Below, one piece after another: positions 1 through 12,560 of a stretch of 64,000 bases of DNA. Position numbers and translations under genes: made by a program. Positions within the stretch are counted from its first letter, which is position 1. Each line of letters starts with the position of its first letter. The notes under the pieces are model-generated. The model did not search any database. It had not been told where the DNA came from and saw only the letters and a program-made list of their open reading frames with translations. Source of the stretch: Dipteris shenzhenensis (Eukaryota). The stretch lies in assembly GCA_047967505.1 (NCBI GenBank), contig CM106538.1. One strand, written 5' to 3'.

Positions 1-98
1 TCGAAACATTGGAATCTTCACCATGATGAAACACAAAAAGGAAACAGTAAGATCCAAATAATATCCCAAACAAGATCCAAACAAGATCCCACAGAGCC

Positions 99-604
99 TT
101 AGTATACCAAGACCAACTTATTATGCATAACCACTTGTTGGAAACCCTCCACAATGTGATCCTCAACAAAATCTTCAAAAATAAGTGACCAACTAGCACC
201 ATGAAAACATTGTGTATACATGCATTCAAGAGTCACCCTTCTCACAATTGGAAGTGCACATAACAACTTCAAGATATTGTACTCTTCATCATTTTCATAG
301 CAAAAGAAGTTGAAAGCATTGAGAATCACCACTCTGCTATTGTAGTCAAAAACTACCCAAAGGCTCAACTCTTCTTCACACCAAGCTGCCAGTGCATGAA
401 ACAATCCCCAATCTATCATTGTGCCTGTTGACGGCATTGTCGATTCACCAACATATACAAGAGTGCAAACATAAAGGATATGATCATGATGACCATGCGA
501 ATAGCTTGAGCATCACCTTCATAATCTTCTAGTTCTCTCAAACAGGCTGCAATATCTTCTAATGGAGTTCTTCCAGGCATCTTCTTTATCACATCAAAAA
601 ACAT
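99..604 (-). pseudogene. Overlapping frameshifted ORF pair of unknown function, possibly an internal gene of the element whose end lies near 3435
   Basis: ORFs 416-604 and 99-437 overlap on the same strand and read as protein-like; they lie downstream of the minus-strand TATA/first exon at 2626-2810; no family recognised. Confidence 0.25.
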
Positions 605-1213
605 ATGCCGATAACAGTGCTATGTTGCAAATGCAACACATGCACTCTTGCATGCTCCACTCTTCAATGGAAGATGCACACATGATAGTTATTGAACGGT
701 GTTATTGACAAAGGGATTTAGATGTACATCCTTGGTCTTATTTCATTTTCAATGAAATTTTAAACTTTGTGTTAAAGATGCTACACTTTCTATAGTATAG
801 TTAGTGGTCACGTACATGGTGATAATATATGCTAAGAGAACAACCATTTTGGCAAATACACAAGAAGGACAAGTTTAGTAGAGCTATGTTCTTTGAAGTT
901 GAACACTTCATCTACAATTTTGATTTTGTTGACACAAAAAGAACACAAGTGATGCATTTGTTGGCAACTCAATAATTATTACACATGGAGTTTCCCATCA
1001 ATATATTTAAAGTTCCATGGCTTGGTAATAGCCCTTTAAGGTACTAGCTTCTATATGAATTTCAATCACCTATTGCTTGGTTCTCTTACAGCCCTACACA
1101 TCGATCGATCGCTCGCATGATGGTTGTAGACTACATGCGATGAATTTCTATATAATTGATCACATGATGATTGTAGATGACATCTTTTGAGAATAGAGTC
1201 TAAAATCTCACCC

Positions 1214-2520
1214 TTTGAAAAATAATATAAAAACTACATTAAACTCTTGTTTTCTCTTTTTTTTTAATATAATTTTTTAAAAAACAAACTATATATGTTT
1301 TTACAATTAAATGAAAACTTCCCCAATTTGAAAAATAATATAAAAACTACTTTAATCTATTTTTTTAAATTAAAAAAATAGATGATTTTAAAATACAAAA
1401 TATATACATTTTGACATTTAATTTAAAACTTCACTAACATGAAAAATAATATAAAAACTACTTTAAACTCTTGTTTTCTTTTTTTTTTATAAATGATTTT
1501 TTAAAACAAAATTTAAATGTTTGTATATTTAAATAAAACCTTCACTAATTTGAAACATAACATAAAAACTGCTTTAATCTCTTTTTTTTTAAATAGATGA
1601 TTTTAAAAAACAAAATATATACATTTTGACATTTAAATAAAAACTTCACTAATTTAAAAAATAATATAAAAACTATTTTAAACTCTAGTTTTCTTTTTTT
1701 TAATAGATGATTTTTAAAAACAAAATTTAAACGTTTTTATATTTAAATAAAAACTTCAGTAATTTGAAAAATAACATAAAAACTACTTTTTTTAAAAAAA
1801 GATGATTTTAAAATACAAAATATATACATTTTGACATTTAATTTAAAACTTCACTAACTTAAAAAATAATATAAAAACTACTTTAAACTCTTGTTTTCTT
1901 TTTTTTTATAGATGATTTTTAAAAACAAAATTTAAACGTTTTTATATTTAATTTAAAAGTTCACTAATTTAAAAAATAACATAAAAACTACTTTAATCTC
2001 TTTTTTTTAATAGATGATTTTAAAAAACAAAATATATACGTTTTCACATTTAAATAAAAACTTCACTAACTTGAAAAATAATATAAAAACTACTTTAAAC
2101 TCTTGTTTTCTTTTTTTTTATAGATGATTTTCAAAAATAAAATTTAAACGTTTTTATATTTAAATAAAAACTTCACTAATTTGAAAAATAACATAAAAAC
2201 TACTTTAATCTCTTTTTTTTTAATAGATGATTATAAAAAATAAAATATATACGTTTTGACATTTTAAATAAAAACTTCACTAATTTGAAAAATAATATAA
2301 AAACTACTTTAAACTCTTGTTTTCGTTTTTTTGAAAGATGATTTTTAAGAACAAAATTTAAACGTTTTTATATTTAAATAAAAACTTCGCTAATTTGAAA
2401 AATAACATAAAAACTACTTTAATCTTTTTTTTAATAGATGATTTTAAAAAACAAACTCTATACGTTTTGTCATTCAAATAAAGACTTTAGTAATTAAAAA
2501 AATAATTTAAAAACTTTAAA
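1214..2520. repeat. AT-rich tandem array, about 12 monomers of ~95-112 bp alternating as A/B dimers
   Basis: Recurrent TTTGAAAAATAA(T/C)ATAAAAACTACTTTAA at ~1215, 1328, 1440, 1550, 1655, 1764, 1859, 1968, 2071, 2180, 2284 and 2394; A units carry AAACTCTTGTTTTC, B units carry AATCTC...AAATATATAC. Confidence 0.9.
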
Positions 2521-2625
2521 ATGCATTTTAAATTTCCAAATATTTTATAATTAAATTACATTTTTCTATAAACTAAAATTTAAATAAATTCTCGTAAAAA
2601 ATAAAAGCTACACTTAAAAAAACCT

Positions 2626-2810
2626 TACCTAGAATCTCCGGCTCTGCTGTCCATCTCTCTTCGTCGATCTCCGTCGCTCCAGCAATTCCGTTAATCTCCG
2701 TCCATCGTTCTCCGTCGCTCCAGCAATTCCGTCAATTTTGATAAGGAGGAGCTCGATCGAGGTTTCAATAATGAGGGGCTCGATCGAGGTCCCTCTCTTT
2801 ATATAGGAAA
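2626..2810 (-). promoter_or_regulatory. Putative Pol II core promoter and non-coding first exon
   Basis: Minus-strand CCTATATAAAAG at ~2796-2807, a GC-rich segment downstream, then an AG|GTAAG donor (plus-strand CTTACCT, ~2624-2630) leading into the AT-rich array. Confidence 0.45.
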
Positions 2811-3435
2811 TTTTAGGGTTTCACAATACCACGATCGTGGTATTTCACACAAACATATCATGCCATGCATACTAAGTCTATACATGCATACATGGTTGTC
2901 CACGTGCATTACCACGATCGTGGTATTTGTACCACGTATAATCCTAGATGTTTCTCCACGTAAGGAAATCATTCCACGTCAAGTCAAGCCACTAGCCACG
3001 TAGGATGCGGAAGACCTCGATCGTGGTATTGCCATGCATACGTGTCAGTAGTTCCACATACCGCAATCATGGTATGTCAGCTGCCAGCACACTACGCTGA
3101 ATACCATGTTGGATGCCACAGACCTCGATCGTGGTATTTGACAAGCATCCATGTCATCATTCCAGCATACCACGATCGAGTTATGTGGACTTGCCACGAT
3201 ACCTCGATCGAGGTATAGTTATGGTGCCACGACACCATGATCGAGGTATAGGCTCAATTCGATTGATTAAAATGCAAGACCTCGATCGAGTTATTAGCTC
3301 GATTCAGATTCCACGTGTGCCAATTTCATTGGACACAATACCTCAATCGAGGTATTACACACCAAAGCAAAACCTTTGTATTTTCACTCGAGGGGGTGTC
3401 GCACTCCCCTGCGGGTAGTCCGGAAGTGGACACCC
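2750..3435. repeat. Cluster of palindromic CGATCG-core motifs, probably subterminal repeats, ending at a putative DNA-transposon terminus
   Basis: About 11 copies of CCTCGATCGAGG / ACCACGATCGTGGT variants between 2750 and 3355; the region ends GGAAGTGGACACCC|TTA at 3435, after which homology to a different element begins. Confidence 0.6.
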
Positions 3436-3449
3436 TTAGCTTGCTACCT

Positions 3450-5497
3450 CCCATACATACAACCCAGTAATCATTCAAAAGTACACTATGTTTGCATCTC
3501 CTCAACCCAAGGACACACTTAAATGAGATCATTATGCATAGGTTAACAGGCCTACACTATTCTGCTAAAGTGATGCATACCCATTTGAGGGCACGCTCCA
3601 TAATGTTTTTTTGATTTGTTGAAAACCAAAACGGACTGAAAATTTGGAATCCAAACTCTTGAGACTAGTGCATGGTGGTCTTAAAACATGGATAGTTGTT
3701 GGTATTGGTATCTAGATTCAACCTAAAATGGAAGAAGTTGGAAAAGTGCAATTTCTCCATGTACAAAGATATTTTGATAAATCCAACACTATTTACAATT
3801 TTAAATTGTTTCTTTTTCCATGCACTTGCTTGCGTTGGCACAAGGAACAGAATGTGGGTCGAGGAAAGCGTTGGCACGGTATTGAATTGGCAATGGAAGA
3901 AACTTTTGCAACATCTACAAAGAGAGAAATAATGAGAAGAAGGAAGACTCCTTGTAGAGCAGTAATAAGAAGCGGTTGCAAATGCACGCATTCGATCATT
4001 GCCATCAAAGCGAAGAACACGAGCTGTGGTGTCACGATTGGTGGGAGCATTGGAGGCAACAACATTATGTCATGCAGGTGATTACCAATCTCGAGTCTTC
4101 ACAAGCTTTAGCCTGCACCCTAAAGTTCATAGAGTAACAACCCTACCAATACCTTGGGAGATGCACGCCCAAGTGGCGATGCTCTCTAACTTGAGAAATG
4201 GCCTACAAAAAATGAAAGGGATGCACAGCTTAGATCAACTAGCTGTAAAGAGGGTGACATTAGCTATGTTGGTGTCCCTTGAAACAAAGGAGAAACAGCT
4301 TGGGCACACAATGTCGAGGATGTTGTCAATCGAAAGGACCAACGTGGCTCAACTGAACGTAGAGCAGAAGCAATGCACGATGATCCCAATTCAAGAAGTC
4401 TGTGGGCTTCAACAGAACGCAAGAAAAGGAGAGACAGCCTAAGTGCAAAAGTCATTGCCATAGTGACGATGTTTTGGCATGAAAATACGAGAGTTTATCC
4501 AAATAGAAAGAACATCTATAAGAAGTGGATGGGATGCAAGGTGTTTGAGGAGCACATCATACACATGCTAGATACAACGTAGGTTAGTGGTGCCTAAACT
4601 AGCCCAGTGGTTGTTTGTGATTGAGCTTTGGGATAGTTTACTTGTTTCATCTCTTAAACCAAGCTTGGACTGAATGTGATTGTCCTAAACTAGCCTGGTG
4701 GTTGGAACATCATGCAACTGTAGACTGGTTCAACTCAATCACCAATTATGTGATTGTCCTGAACCAGCATGGTTGAACAGACATTAGTTGTTGTCCAACC
4801 CGGTGGCATGGTTGAGCAGAAATTAATAGCAATATATTTTGCAATATATTGTTATTTTACTAGACCAACCTAGTGGTTGGAACATCATGCAACCGTGGCT
4901 ACTTCAGCTCAGGGTTGGTGGCTGAAATTATTGTGTTTCTTAGTACTTAAATTTATTACATTTAACTTCTTGCTATCTGGGTCATATACCACTGTCAAAT
5001 TGTGAAATTCAGAAATGAAAAGCAATATATTGTTATTTTCTTTCTTACCTAGAAAATTCCCGGTCAGTGTTTTGTGGACTGGCCCTACAAAAGAGAGGAA
5101 ACATACCATTTTTTGGATAACTAGTTAGAGAAAGGAGGAGTTTGGAGAAGCAACTTTCCAAAGGGATTGGATTGAAATTCAAAAATGAAAAGAAATATAC
5201 TTGTTATTGTCTAATATGTGAAGTGGAGACCATCACACTAAACCATCCCGATGGTTGAAACTCTAACAATGTCCTAAACGATCACGGTGGTTGAAATTGT
5301 GACTGTCCTAAATGTGTCCTAAACCAGCCCATTGGTTGACTGCTGTCCTAAACCATCGCGGTGTTGAAATTGTGACTGTCCTAAACCAGCAAGGTGGTTG
5401 AAAATTGTTTTGCTTCATTATATACTGTGTTTTGTATTCTTTTAGTAGTAGCAAAAAGGGGTCTCATTGTTCTGTTGTTCTCACATGTTGGGTCAGC
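3450..5497 (+). mobile_element. Sola2-like DNA transposon, copy A: 5' region, N-terminal transposase exon and intron
   Basis: Inverted homologue of 20960-23360 but lacking 22480-22975; encodes RKKRRDSLS...FWHENTRVYPNRKN...HMLDTT followed by a GT donor; homology stops at the intron acceptor GGTCAG. Confidence 0.7.
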
Positions 5498-5501
5498 ACA
5501 C

Positions 5502-5950
5502 TGTTAAATTACACGGCACAGCGGAACAGAAATTGAACAAAGAATAGAGAGTACACAGCAAAGTGGAGATGAACAAAATTTTCCTTCAATACTGATGTCA
5601 TACAGATGATGGCTCCGTCCACCCGTGCGCTCCCACAGTGGAGCTTAGATGGTGATCTAGACAGATACTAGGTGAAGAGCTACTAGCTGGAAGATCTGAT
5701 CTGATTTGAACTGATCTGATAGAATGGACTGGGGAAGCCGCATCTTTATAGCTATGAGGCCAGTAGTTGGATCAACGTAGTCGATGGAACCAACCAGTCA
5801 ACCCAGTCGGTGAAGCCAACCAGTCAACCTACTCGTTGGAACCAACTAGTCGTCCATGGAATATTCCCTATACCATCACCTCGGGGGCTCCCGCCCCTGA
5901 ACCCCCACCGGGGGCGGCCCTTAGGCCCTAGCAAGAATAAGGGGCTCCCA
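5502..5950 (-). mobile_element. Solo LTR (~449 bp)
   Basis: TG...CA ends; flanks CACAC/CACAA resemble a 5-bp TSD with one mismatch; minus-strand GCTATAAAG TATA-like motif near 5745. Confidence 0.55.
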
Positions 5951-5954
5951 CACA

Positions 5955-6700
5955 ATCACCTTTCTACCATCAATGGTCTCATTTGATAGACCTCATCTGA
6001 CATGCAAGTCAGGTTCCATCCAGTGTCCCTTCATTCCACTGTTCAACAATTTTGGACACAATGGATTGCCACATTCAAAGGCACCTGCATATGAAGATTT
6101 GCGAACCGTGCCTTCAAATGCAATATTGCAAGTTATAGGCTTTTTCCACAAGTGACCATCATATTTGAGCTCCATACCCTCCGTTGGTCAATCTTATCTT
6201 TGGGGGGGAAGCTCAAAGACACTATCTCCATTATACTCTCTTGGGAGCTCATCCACCTGCACAATGCGCCCGCTCCTTCTCACTAATATCGCTAAACTGG
6301 TTGATGCACAATGAGAAAGTATGTAATCTACAACACTAGTCCCCTTTGATCTTAGACTTTTACTTGAGGAGGGTTCATCCTCTTTAGCGAACAATATCTC
6401 GTCACAAACTGTTTCCAAAGGAGCCCGAGTGGATGAGGCAACCTTGTCTACACTTGTTTTCCATGCAGGCCAAGAGGAAGATACACTTCCAATAGATGTG
6501 CAGGCTCTACTCCCAGGTGATTCCATAATATTTATTGGTGTGAGAGAACTGGGACCCCGACATTGTGGATTTCCACTCTAATGTAGACACCACCTGGACT
6601 GTCATCGTCGTCAACAATCACAAAACATTTATCATTGCTATATTCATCATTCATCCTCGACATATGTGGTGTGTGGATCACTTCTAGCCATTTCCGGTGA
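5955..6700 (-). pseudogene. Frameshifted ORF with a Cys-rich, possibly WRKY/GCM1-like zinc-binding region; probably transposon-derived
   Basis: VDELPREYNGDSVFELPP / MELKYDGHLWKKPITCNI...RKSSYAGAFECGNPLCP across ORFs 6194-6526 and 5993-6175. Confidence 0.4.
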
Positions 6701-7014
6701 GGATGTCCTTTCTCTGGTGGACACTATATACTTGTTATAGACAAGTTGCTCTCCTGCTTCTTATCTCAAGCTTATGCCTCCCAGCCTCAGACGCTCAGCC
6801 TCCATCGCTTCATCCTCCTTCCACCAATTGATAGTAGGTCAACAATCAAGAGGGGTAGAGATCAAATACTAAGAAGATTTTTTATGCCTTGGGAAATCAT
6901 GCCAATCATTAGAGAAGCCCGTGAAGGCATAGCAACTGGTAGTGGGCTTTGCAGCGGACACGTTCCTATACTTTGTAGACGCAGTCGAGGACTAGACGAA
7001 GTCTCTGGAATCCA

Positions 7015-7270
7015 GCATTTGCGCTGGGCACAAATTAGTCTCGGCAGAGCGAAATGGCCCTGATGACCTTTTGGTGGCTCAACAAGGCAGTTGCGCTTGG
7101 CGCAAATCAACTCTGCCACAGCCAAATGGCTATAGATGACCTCAACGCTCGTCCGCTCCCCATTTGCGCTCGGCGCAAACCACTAGTACCACAACCAAAT
7201 GGCAAAACATGGCCATCTGACCACTCGAGAAGCCCTTTGCACTAGGCGAAAATCCTGCTTGCAAACACCA
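7015..7270. repeat. Dispersed imperfect palindromes TTTGCGCTNGGCGCAAA, subterminal-type repeats
   Basis: Copies at ~7018, 7090, 7163 and 7237. Confidence 0.55.
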
Positions 7271-7935
7271 AATGAATGTTCATATCATTCACAGACATTC
7301 ACTGCACGGAAACAAGAATGTTCGACTATTTAATGCACTTTAGTGTTCATCCTAATGTATCAAGGTAACACGTACATATTCTTTAGAAGATGTTTGAGTA
7401 TTAAATGCACTTCAGCATTTCATCCTAAAGCATGAAGGTAGCATATACCGATTCTTCAGAAGATGATTGTAAGACACCAAGGCTACACCAAAAGCAGATT
7501 TTCTCTATCTCTAGAATACTTGGGAACTTCCTTGCAAGCTCAGTTGAATCCTTTGCGATACCAAGAGTATGTTTTGGATTAGACATCAAAACCATATCCT
7601 TCATGCTTTCCTCTGTAGTACAGAAAATCCAATGGCACTAAGAGTTACATCTAATGGATTATGGAAAAAAGCCAAGTAAGAAATCTCTGCTGGCATAAAA
7701 ATGAAAACGCCACCTATTTTTACACAGTCCTCTGAGTCTAAAATCATGTGGTTGTTTGATTGGTTCTAAAGAACCTTGTGGCCTATTTATAAGAATTAAT
7801 CTGGAAAGATGTTCTTGTCGTTCTTCCCAATTTGATGCAATGGAAGCTCCAAGAAGTTTGAGTATTTGCTTGCCTGGAGGATACCATTGCCAACCTAGCT
7901 ACTTCTTGTGTATCATTTTGTCAGATTCAACTTCC

Positions 7936-8081
7936 TGTGGGAGAGGAGAGCACACACAAAGGGATAAGGAGACACCAAAAGTGGTGGAGCAAAAGCTACT
8001 CCAGCTTATTCCTCTATCATATATATATGAGTATACATGGGCACTATACAGTGGGTGGGCACACTGCCCTTTACCCCAACA
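7936..8081 (-). repeat. 3' LTR of the 7936-12560 element
   Basis: Direct repeat of 12415-12560; adjacent PPT. Confidence 0.95.
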
Positions 8082-8859
8082 ACCTCCCACTTAAAGGCAG
8101 TGTGCCTTTAAGGGAGTATAGTATACATATAATACAATTAGCCATAGGTTGAAAAACAAGATGACCAGACCGTCATCCTATGCCCATCGGCACTTTACAA
8201 TGTGCAAAGTGCATAGAGGATAAGCTGCTAGCAGACATCAGGTTTGCGGGATAGAAAATGACAAGCTGTAGATTCCTGTCAACCAAGATCTCATGCCAGA
8301 TCTCAGTGGGAGAGTGAACTCTCACCACCACGTGCTCCTGTGCTAAGTCCATAGCACCCGAACTGTCACTGTGCAAAGAAAATGTCTCTGTACCACCTGT
8401 GACCATAAGCACATGCCTTACAATAGACCTCTGCTGATCTACCCAACCTGCATCACCTGCATGTTGCTCCAGGAAGCATAAGGACTTGATGTCCACAAGC
8501 GCTTCCCTACTACCATAATCATGCTACCAACTCCCATTGCAACGGAAGCAAGAACCAGAAGTGTAGCCCCAATGGCAAACATGTGAGAACCAAGTCTCAA
8601 CAGAGTCATGGATGCATGAAGTACTATGGCTGCCATATCAACCATAACTTGCTGCTCAACTGATCTGTGATCATCAAACCTACTGTGTTTCAAGTATGGA
8701 GCCAATACAGGCAATGGAGTACTCAGTAACTTCCCCCTCTCCATACTGAAACAACCAAGTATCGGACAAACATCGTCAAGACCATGCAGCTCCTACTGCA
8801 AAGCATCCCTGTCCATAAGAAACCATATGGCAAGTAACCTCAGAAGGATAGCAACCTCT

Positions 8860-9000
8860 TAAATACTGAGACCATAACCTGTCTCACTGCGCATCACATC
8901 CTGAGCTCTCATAACGGTATCAAACCTATGAAGCCAAGCTCGAGGGGATTGCTTTTGGCCATGGAGGCACTTACGAAGCAAACATATCAATGATTCCTGC
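8860..9000 (-). pseudogene. Highly degenerate copia reverse-transcriptase relic
   Basis: LICLLRKCLHGQKQSPRAWLHRFDTVM resembles the copia motif VCKLKKSLYGLKQSPRAW. Confidence 0.65.
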
Positions 9001-9611
9001 CCATGCGCAATATGACCCGAGTCAATAATGGTAGAAACCACATCTGTCCTGGCATAACCAGCCAATGGATCAGACCAAGCATCATTAGCCAAGGTATCCT
9101 CTTCACCATGCATAGCCTCATCCTCATCTGCAAGAGGCACTCCGCATCTTGGGAGTAAACTGTAACTGTCCATAGAAGATACATCAACAATCTCCATAGT
9201 AGTATAAACCTATGGAATACTCAAGACATCTAACTGTCTCTGACCAAAATCAGGAAGTAATCGTGGCTGTCCCAACTTTATAACCTGCTCATCGTGGGAA
9301 AAACCTCCCACTCCAAGGGATATGGGTTGCCCCTGCAAAGAATTCGGAGGTATCAGTGCACTTAACCCTCCTGGAACACCACTCTCCTGCTATCCACAGT
9401 CCTGGGCTATCTAAACATAGCATCCTCTCTGAAATAGACATTATAGACATTATGACATTCAGCACATCAGGGCATTTCAACCATCATGCTGTAACATAAC
9501 ACTATCGTGGTCATACATCCGGCATATATGAGTATAGAACTCATATGCATGGCAGTCTACACCCTGTACACCATCTTGTACCTGCAAGTAGACTGACTTC
9601 AAGAGTGATGA

Positions 9612-9927
9612 CTAAATGATAGAGCATGCTTGCTCATCCATGTCATCCCAATCACTCTGTTTAACGCTATTAGGCTTGACACCTTTGCATTGAATGGGCT
9701 TATGCTGCCTTTTCTGCACTAACACATCATAAATTTGAGCATGCTTGCTCATCCATGTCATCCCAATCACTTTGTTTAATGCTATTAGGCTTGACACCTT
9801 TGCATTGAATAGGCTTATGCTGCCTTTTCTGCACTAACACATCATAAATCTGCTCTTTCCAATACTGAAAGTTTGATCCATCCAACCTCTCAATATCAAA
9901 GAGGGCACTACTAGCTGTAGATGCCAT
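9612..9927 (-). pseudogene. gag: Copia gag N-terminus with a 115-bp internal tandem duplication
   Basis: MASTASSALFDIERLDGSNFQYWKEQIYDVLVQKR; 9622-9736 is repeated at 9737-9851, causing a frameshift. Confidence 0.85.
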
Positions 9928-12400
9928 ATCTGTGGCACAATAGCTCACAACTAAAGAGCGGTATAGTGAAATAGGCAACCCAAATGACCAAAAATATAGT
10001 GTTGTCTAGACCAATCAGGTCTCCAAATAAACTGGTTGATCCAATGCTCAAAAGCACTCAGCCATAAAGAGGCATAAACAAGAATATATGTAGCCCAGTA
10101 ACCTACCAATGCCTAGCAATCCAAGTAAGAAATGCACTCAACCAAATGAGCAATGCCTGCTCAACCAATGGCAATAGGAGCCCAGCTCAACTATCCATAA
10201 ACATCAGTGCGGCATCCACCAATGCAAATCCATAATGCATCGAAATGGCATTTATTGCATCACCAATGCATCACCTCAAGTGTGCAATCCTTTGGCAACA
10301 AAATCAAGCATTCACCGCCTGCCAAATGTGCCAAAGTGACTTGCCAAAATGCCAATAATTCCCTTGGACTGAAGGGAGATCCCAATCACTTTTTGTAATT
10401 TACTGTTGTGCAAGAGAAATCACATCCACTTTGGGCAAGATAACATGCTATCCTTGTTTTTGAATGGTGATATCTTTTCACTGAAAGACTGGATGCCAAA
10501 GCTATAAACAGCAAAGTTGTAGCTGGTAGAAAGATCTACAACTTATCAATTGACTTCAAGAGCCAAATCCTTGTGGATTCTTAGATATTCTCACCTAAAA
10601 AATAGCTTCCTGCACATTGGTCACAAATAGACAGTATACTGTAACTTTTTATGGTTTTGCAGCGGCTGTAACTCCTGCAAATTATACCGGATCAACTTGC
10701 TTCCAAAAGCAAATTTGTAGTATGTTTTGTGAACTACAACTTTCCAGTTTGGCACAAAGTTCAATTCCACACCAGGAAAGAGATATTCAATCCTGAAAAT
10801 GACTGTTTTGTCATAAAAATAGCAACAGCAGCTTCCTTGTATGTTTGCTGCCCTTTACAGCACTCATCTGCTCTGGCAAAACAGCCCCAAAAATGGTCAA
10901 ATACATCCAGCAGATCACCCCGTATGTCAACTGCAACACCAGCAAAATGGCAAGTACAATGCCCACAGATCAGCAATAAAATAGCCCAAAAGCACTTGTA
11001 AAACAGCCCCGAAATGTGCTCCAAACAACTGCAAATCATTGACAATACATCCTCCTCAGCATTGAACCCCAAAATGTGCTCTAAACAACGGCAAATCATT
11101 GACAATACATCCTCCTCAGCTGTTCAATGAACTGACATTAACACCACCATACATGTAGGCGTAAAACTGTCAAAATGTCCATTGAATCACTGTCAAAATG
11201 ACCTCAAAGCATGCATCCACAGCCAACAATAAGTATCTGCAATGGCCTCTAACAAGAGAACTCCTAAACCATGAGTCTCAATGTCAGCCTACTGTCGCTC
11301 AGGGTGCCTAACTGTACCCCCGAGCCAAGCCAAACTGTCAAAATCTGACCAACTGTAACGGAATGTTCACAAGGACTAAGATGCACCAGAGTATGTCCGT
11401 ACAATGACCCAAATGCATGGGAAAACACGAGCTAGCAAAGCTCAATTGCAACCGAAAGAAGCTGCATAGTGCATAAGCACATATCCCACACAATGTCCAC
11501 AAGGCGTACTTCTGCAAAATGTCCCGCAAAGAGACCAAAATCAGCTAATGCTCAGCTCCAAGACCTCAAATGCAACCCCGGCTATCTCCCAAGCATACAA
11601 CTACATCAAACATGCAATCCACAGGCTCCCCAACAACTCATCTTCTCCAACAACCATTGTCAGCCCACATTCCAGCGGCGGCAGCTCAAAGCTAGTGAGG
11701 ACGACCAAAGTGGCTCCATAAGCCTCTCCATCGTCCCATCGAATCACAAAGGCTAAACAGCGGCTCTGCTCTACCAGCCTACTCCAAAGCGCCCTGCAAT
11801 AGAGGCCTCACGACCCTCAGTGACTCAAGCTTCACAAACAAAAAGCTCCAATGAGCCAACCCATCGAGCCACCGCGCCGAACAACAACTGGCTAACTGTC
11901 ACAACCGGCCAGCTCCCGCAAATCTCAATGCCACGGACTGCTCACCAGCCAGTAGCCTCAATGCTCACCCACAACCATGGGCTGCAAACACCGATGGAAG
12001 CATGCTTCAGCCACATCAAACGACCAGCACGTAAAGCTCTCGCTGCACGGCACTTCAACGACTGCTCTTTAGCTTGCCTCAATGACATTCAATGCCCCGC
12101 AGCTCTCTTCAACAAGGTCCACAGCCTCTCCCAATGGGACTGCAATAGCGGCTCCTTAGCAGTAGCAATTGAACGACAAACAATTCGCCTCCAAACACCT
12201 CATAGTAGTGCCAATTCAATGACACGGCAGCTCTACTCGGCTCATAGGTGCAACTGTCTACCTCACAGCTAACCTCACGGCCATAGCAGCACACTCGTAG
12301 CCAACAAATAGCTCCTTCCATGCCCATGCTCGGTGGCCATCAGCCTCCCGACAGCTCCATTGCCAAGCTCAGAGAGCTCCTCGTAGATCGAACGCCGTGG

Positions 12401-12412
12401 GCTCTGATACCA
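12401..12412 (-). promoter_or_regulatory. Primer-binding site for initiator tRNA-Met
   Basis: TGGTATCAGAGC two bases inside the 5' LTR boundary. Confidence 0.9.
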
Positions 12413-12414
12413 GT

Positions 12415-12560
12415 TGTGGGAGAGGAGAGCAGACACAAAGGGATAAGGAGACACCAAAAGTGGTGGAGTAAAAGCTACTCCAGCTTATTCCTCTATCATA
12501 TATATATGAGTATACATGGGCACTATACAGTAGGTGGGCACACTGCCCTTTACCCCAACA
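12415..12560 (-). repeat. 5' LTR of the 7936-12560 element
   Basis: Direct repeat of 7936-8081, followed by TSD CTTCC. Confidence 0.95.

Larger units (their letters stand above)
7936..12560 (-). mobile_element. Non-autonomous Ty1/copia-derived LTR retrotransposon with 146-bp LTRs
   Basis: LTRs 7936-8081 and 12415-12560 (TG..CA, 3 differences seen); perfect TSD CTTCC; PBS TGGTATCAGAGC on minus at 12401-12412; PPT at 8082-8090; gag and RT relics inside. Confidence 0.95.

Noticed and set aside
3113-3418. 101-aa ORF over the palindrome field
   Set aside because: Arises from repeated palindromes; no recognisable protein features
10207-12327. Plus-strand ORFs up to 150 aa inside the short-LTR element
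   Set aside because: Antisense to the element, compositionally biased and without domain motifs
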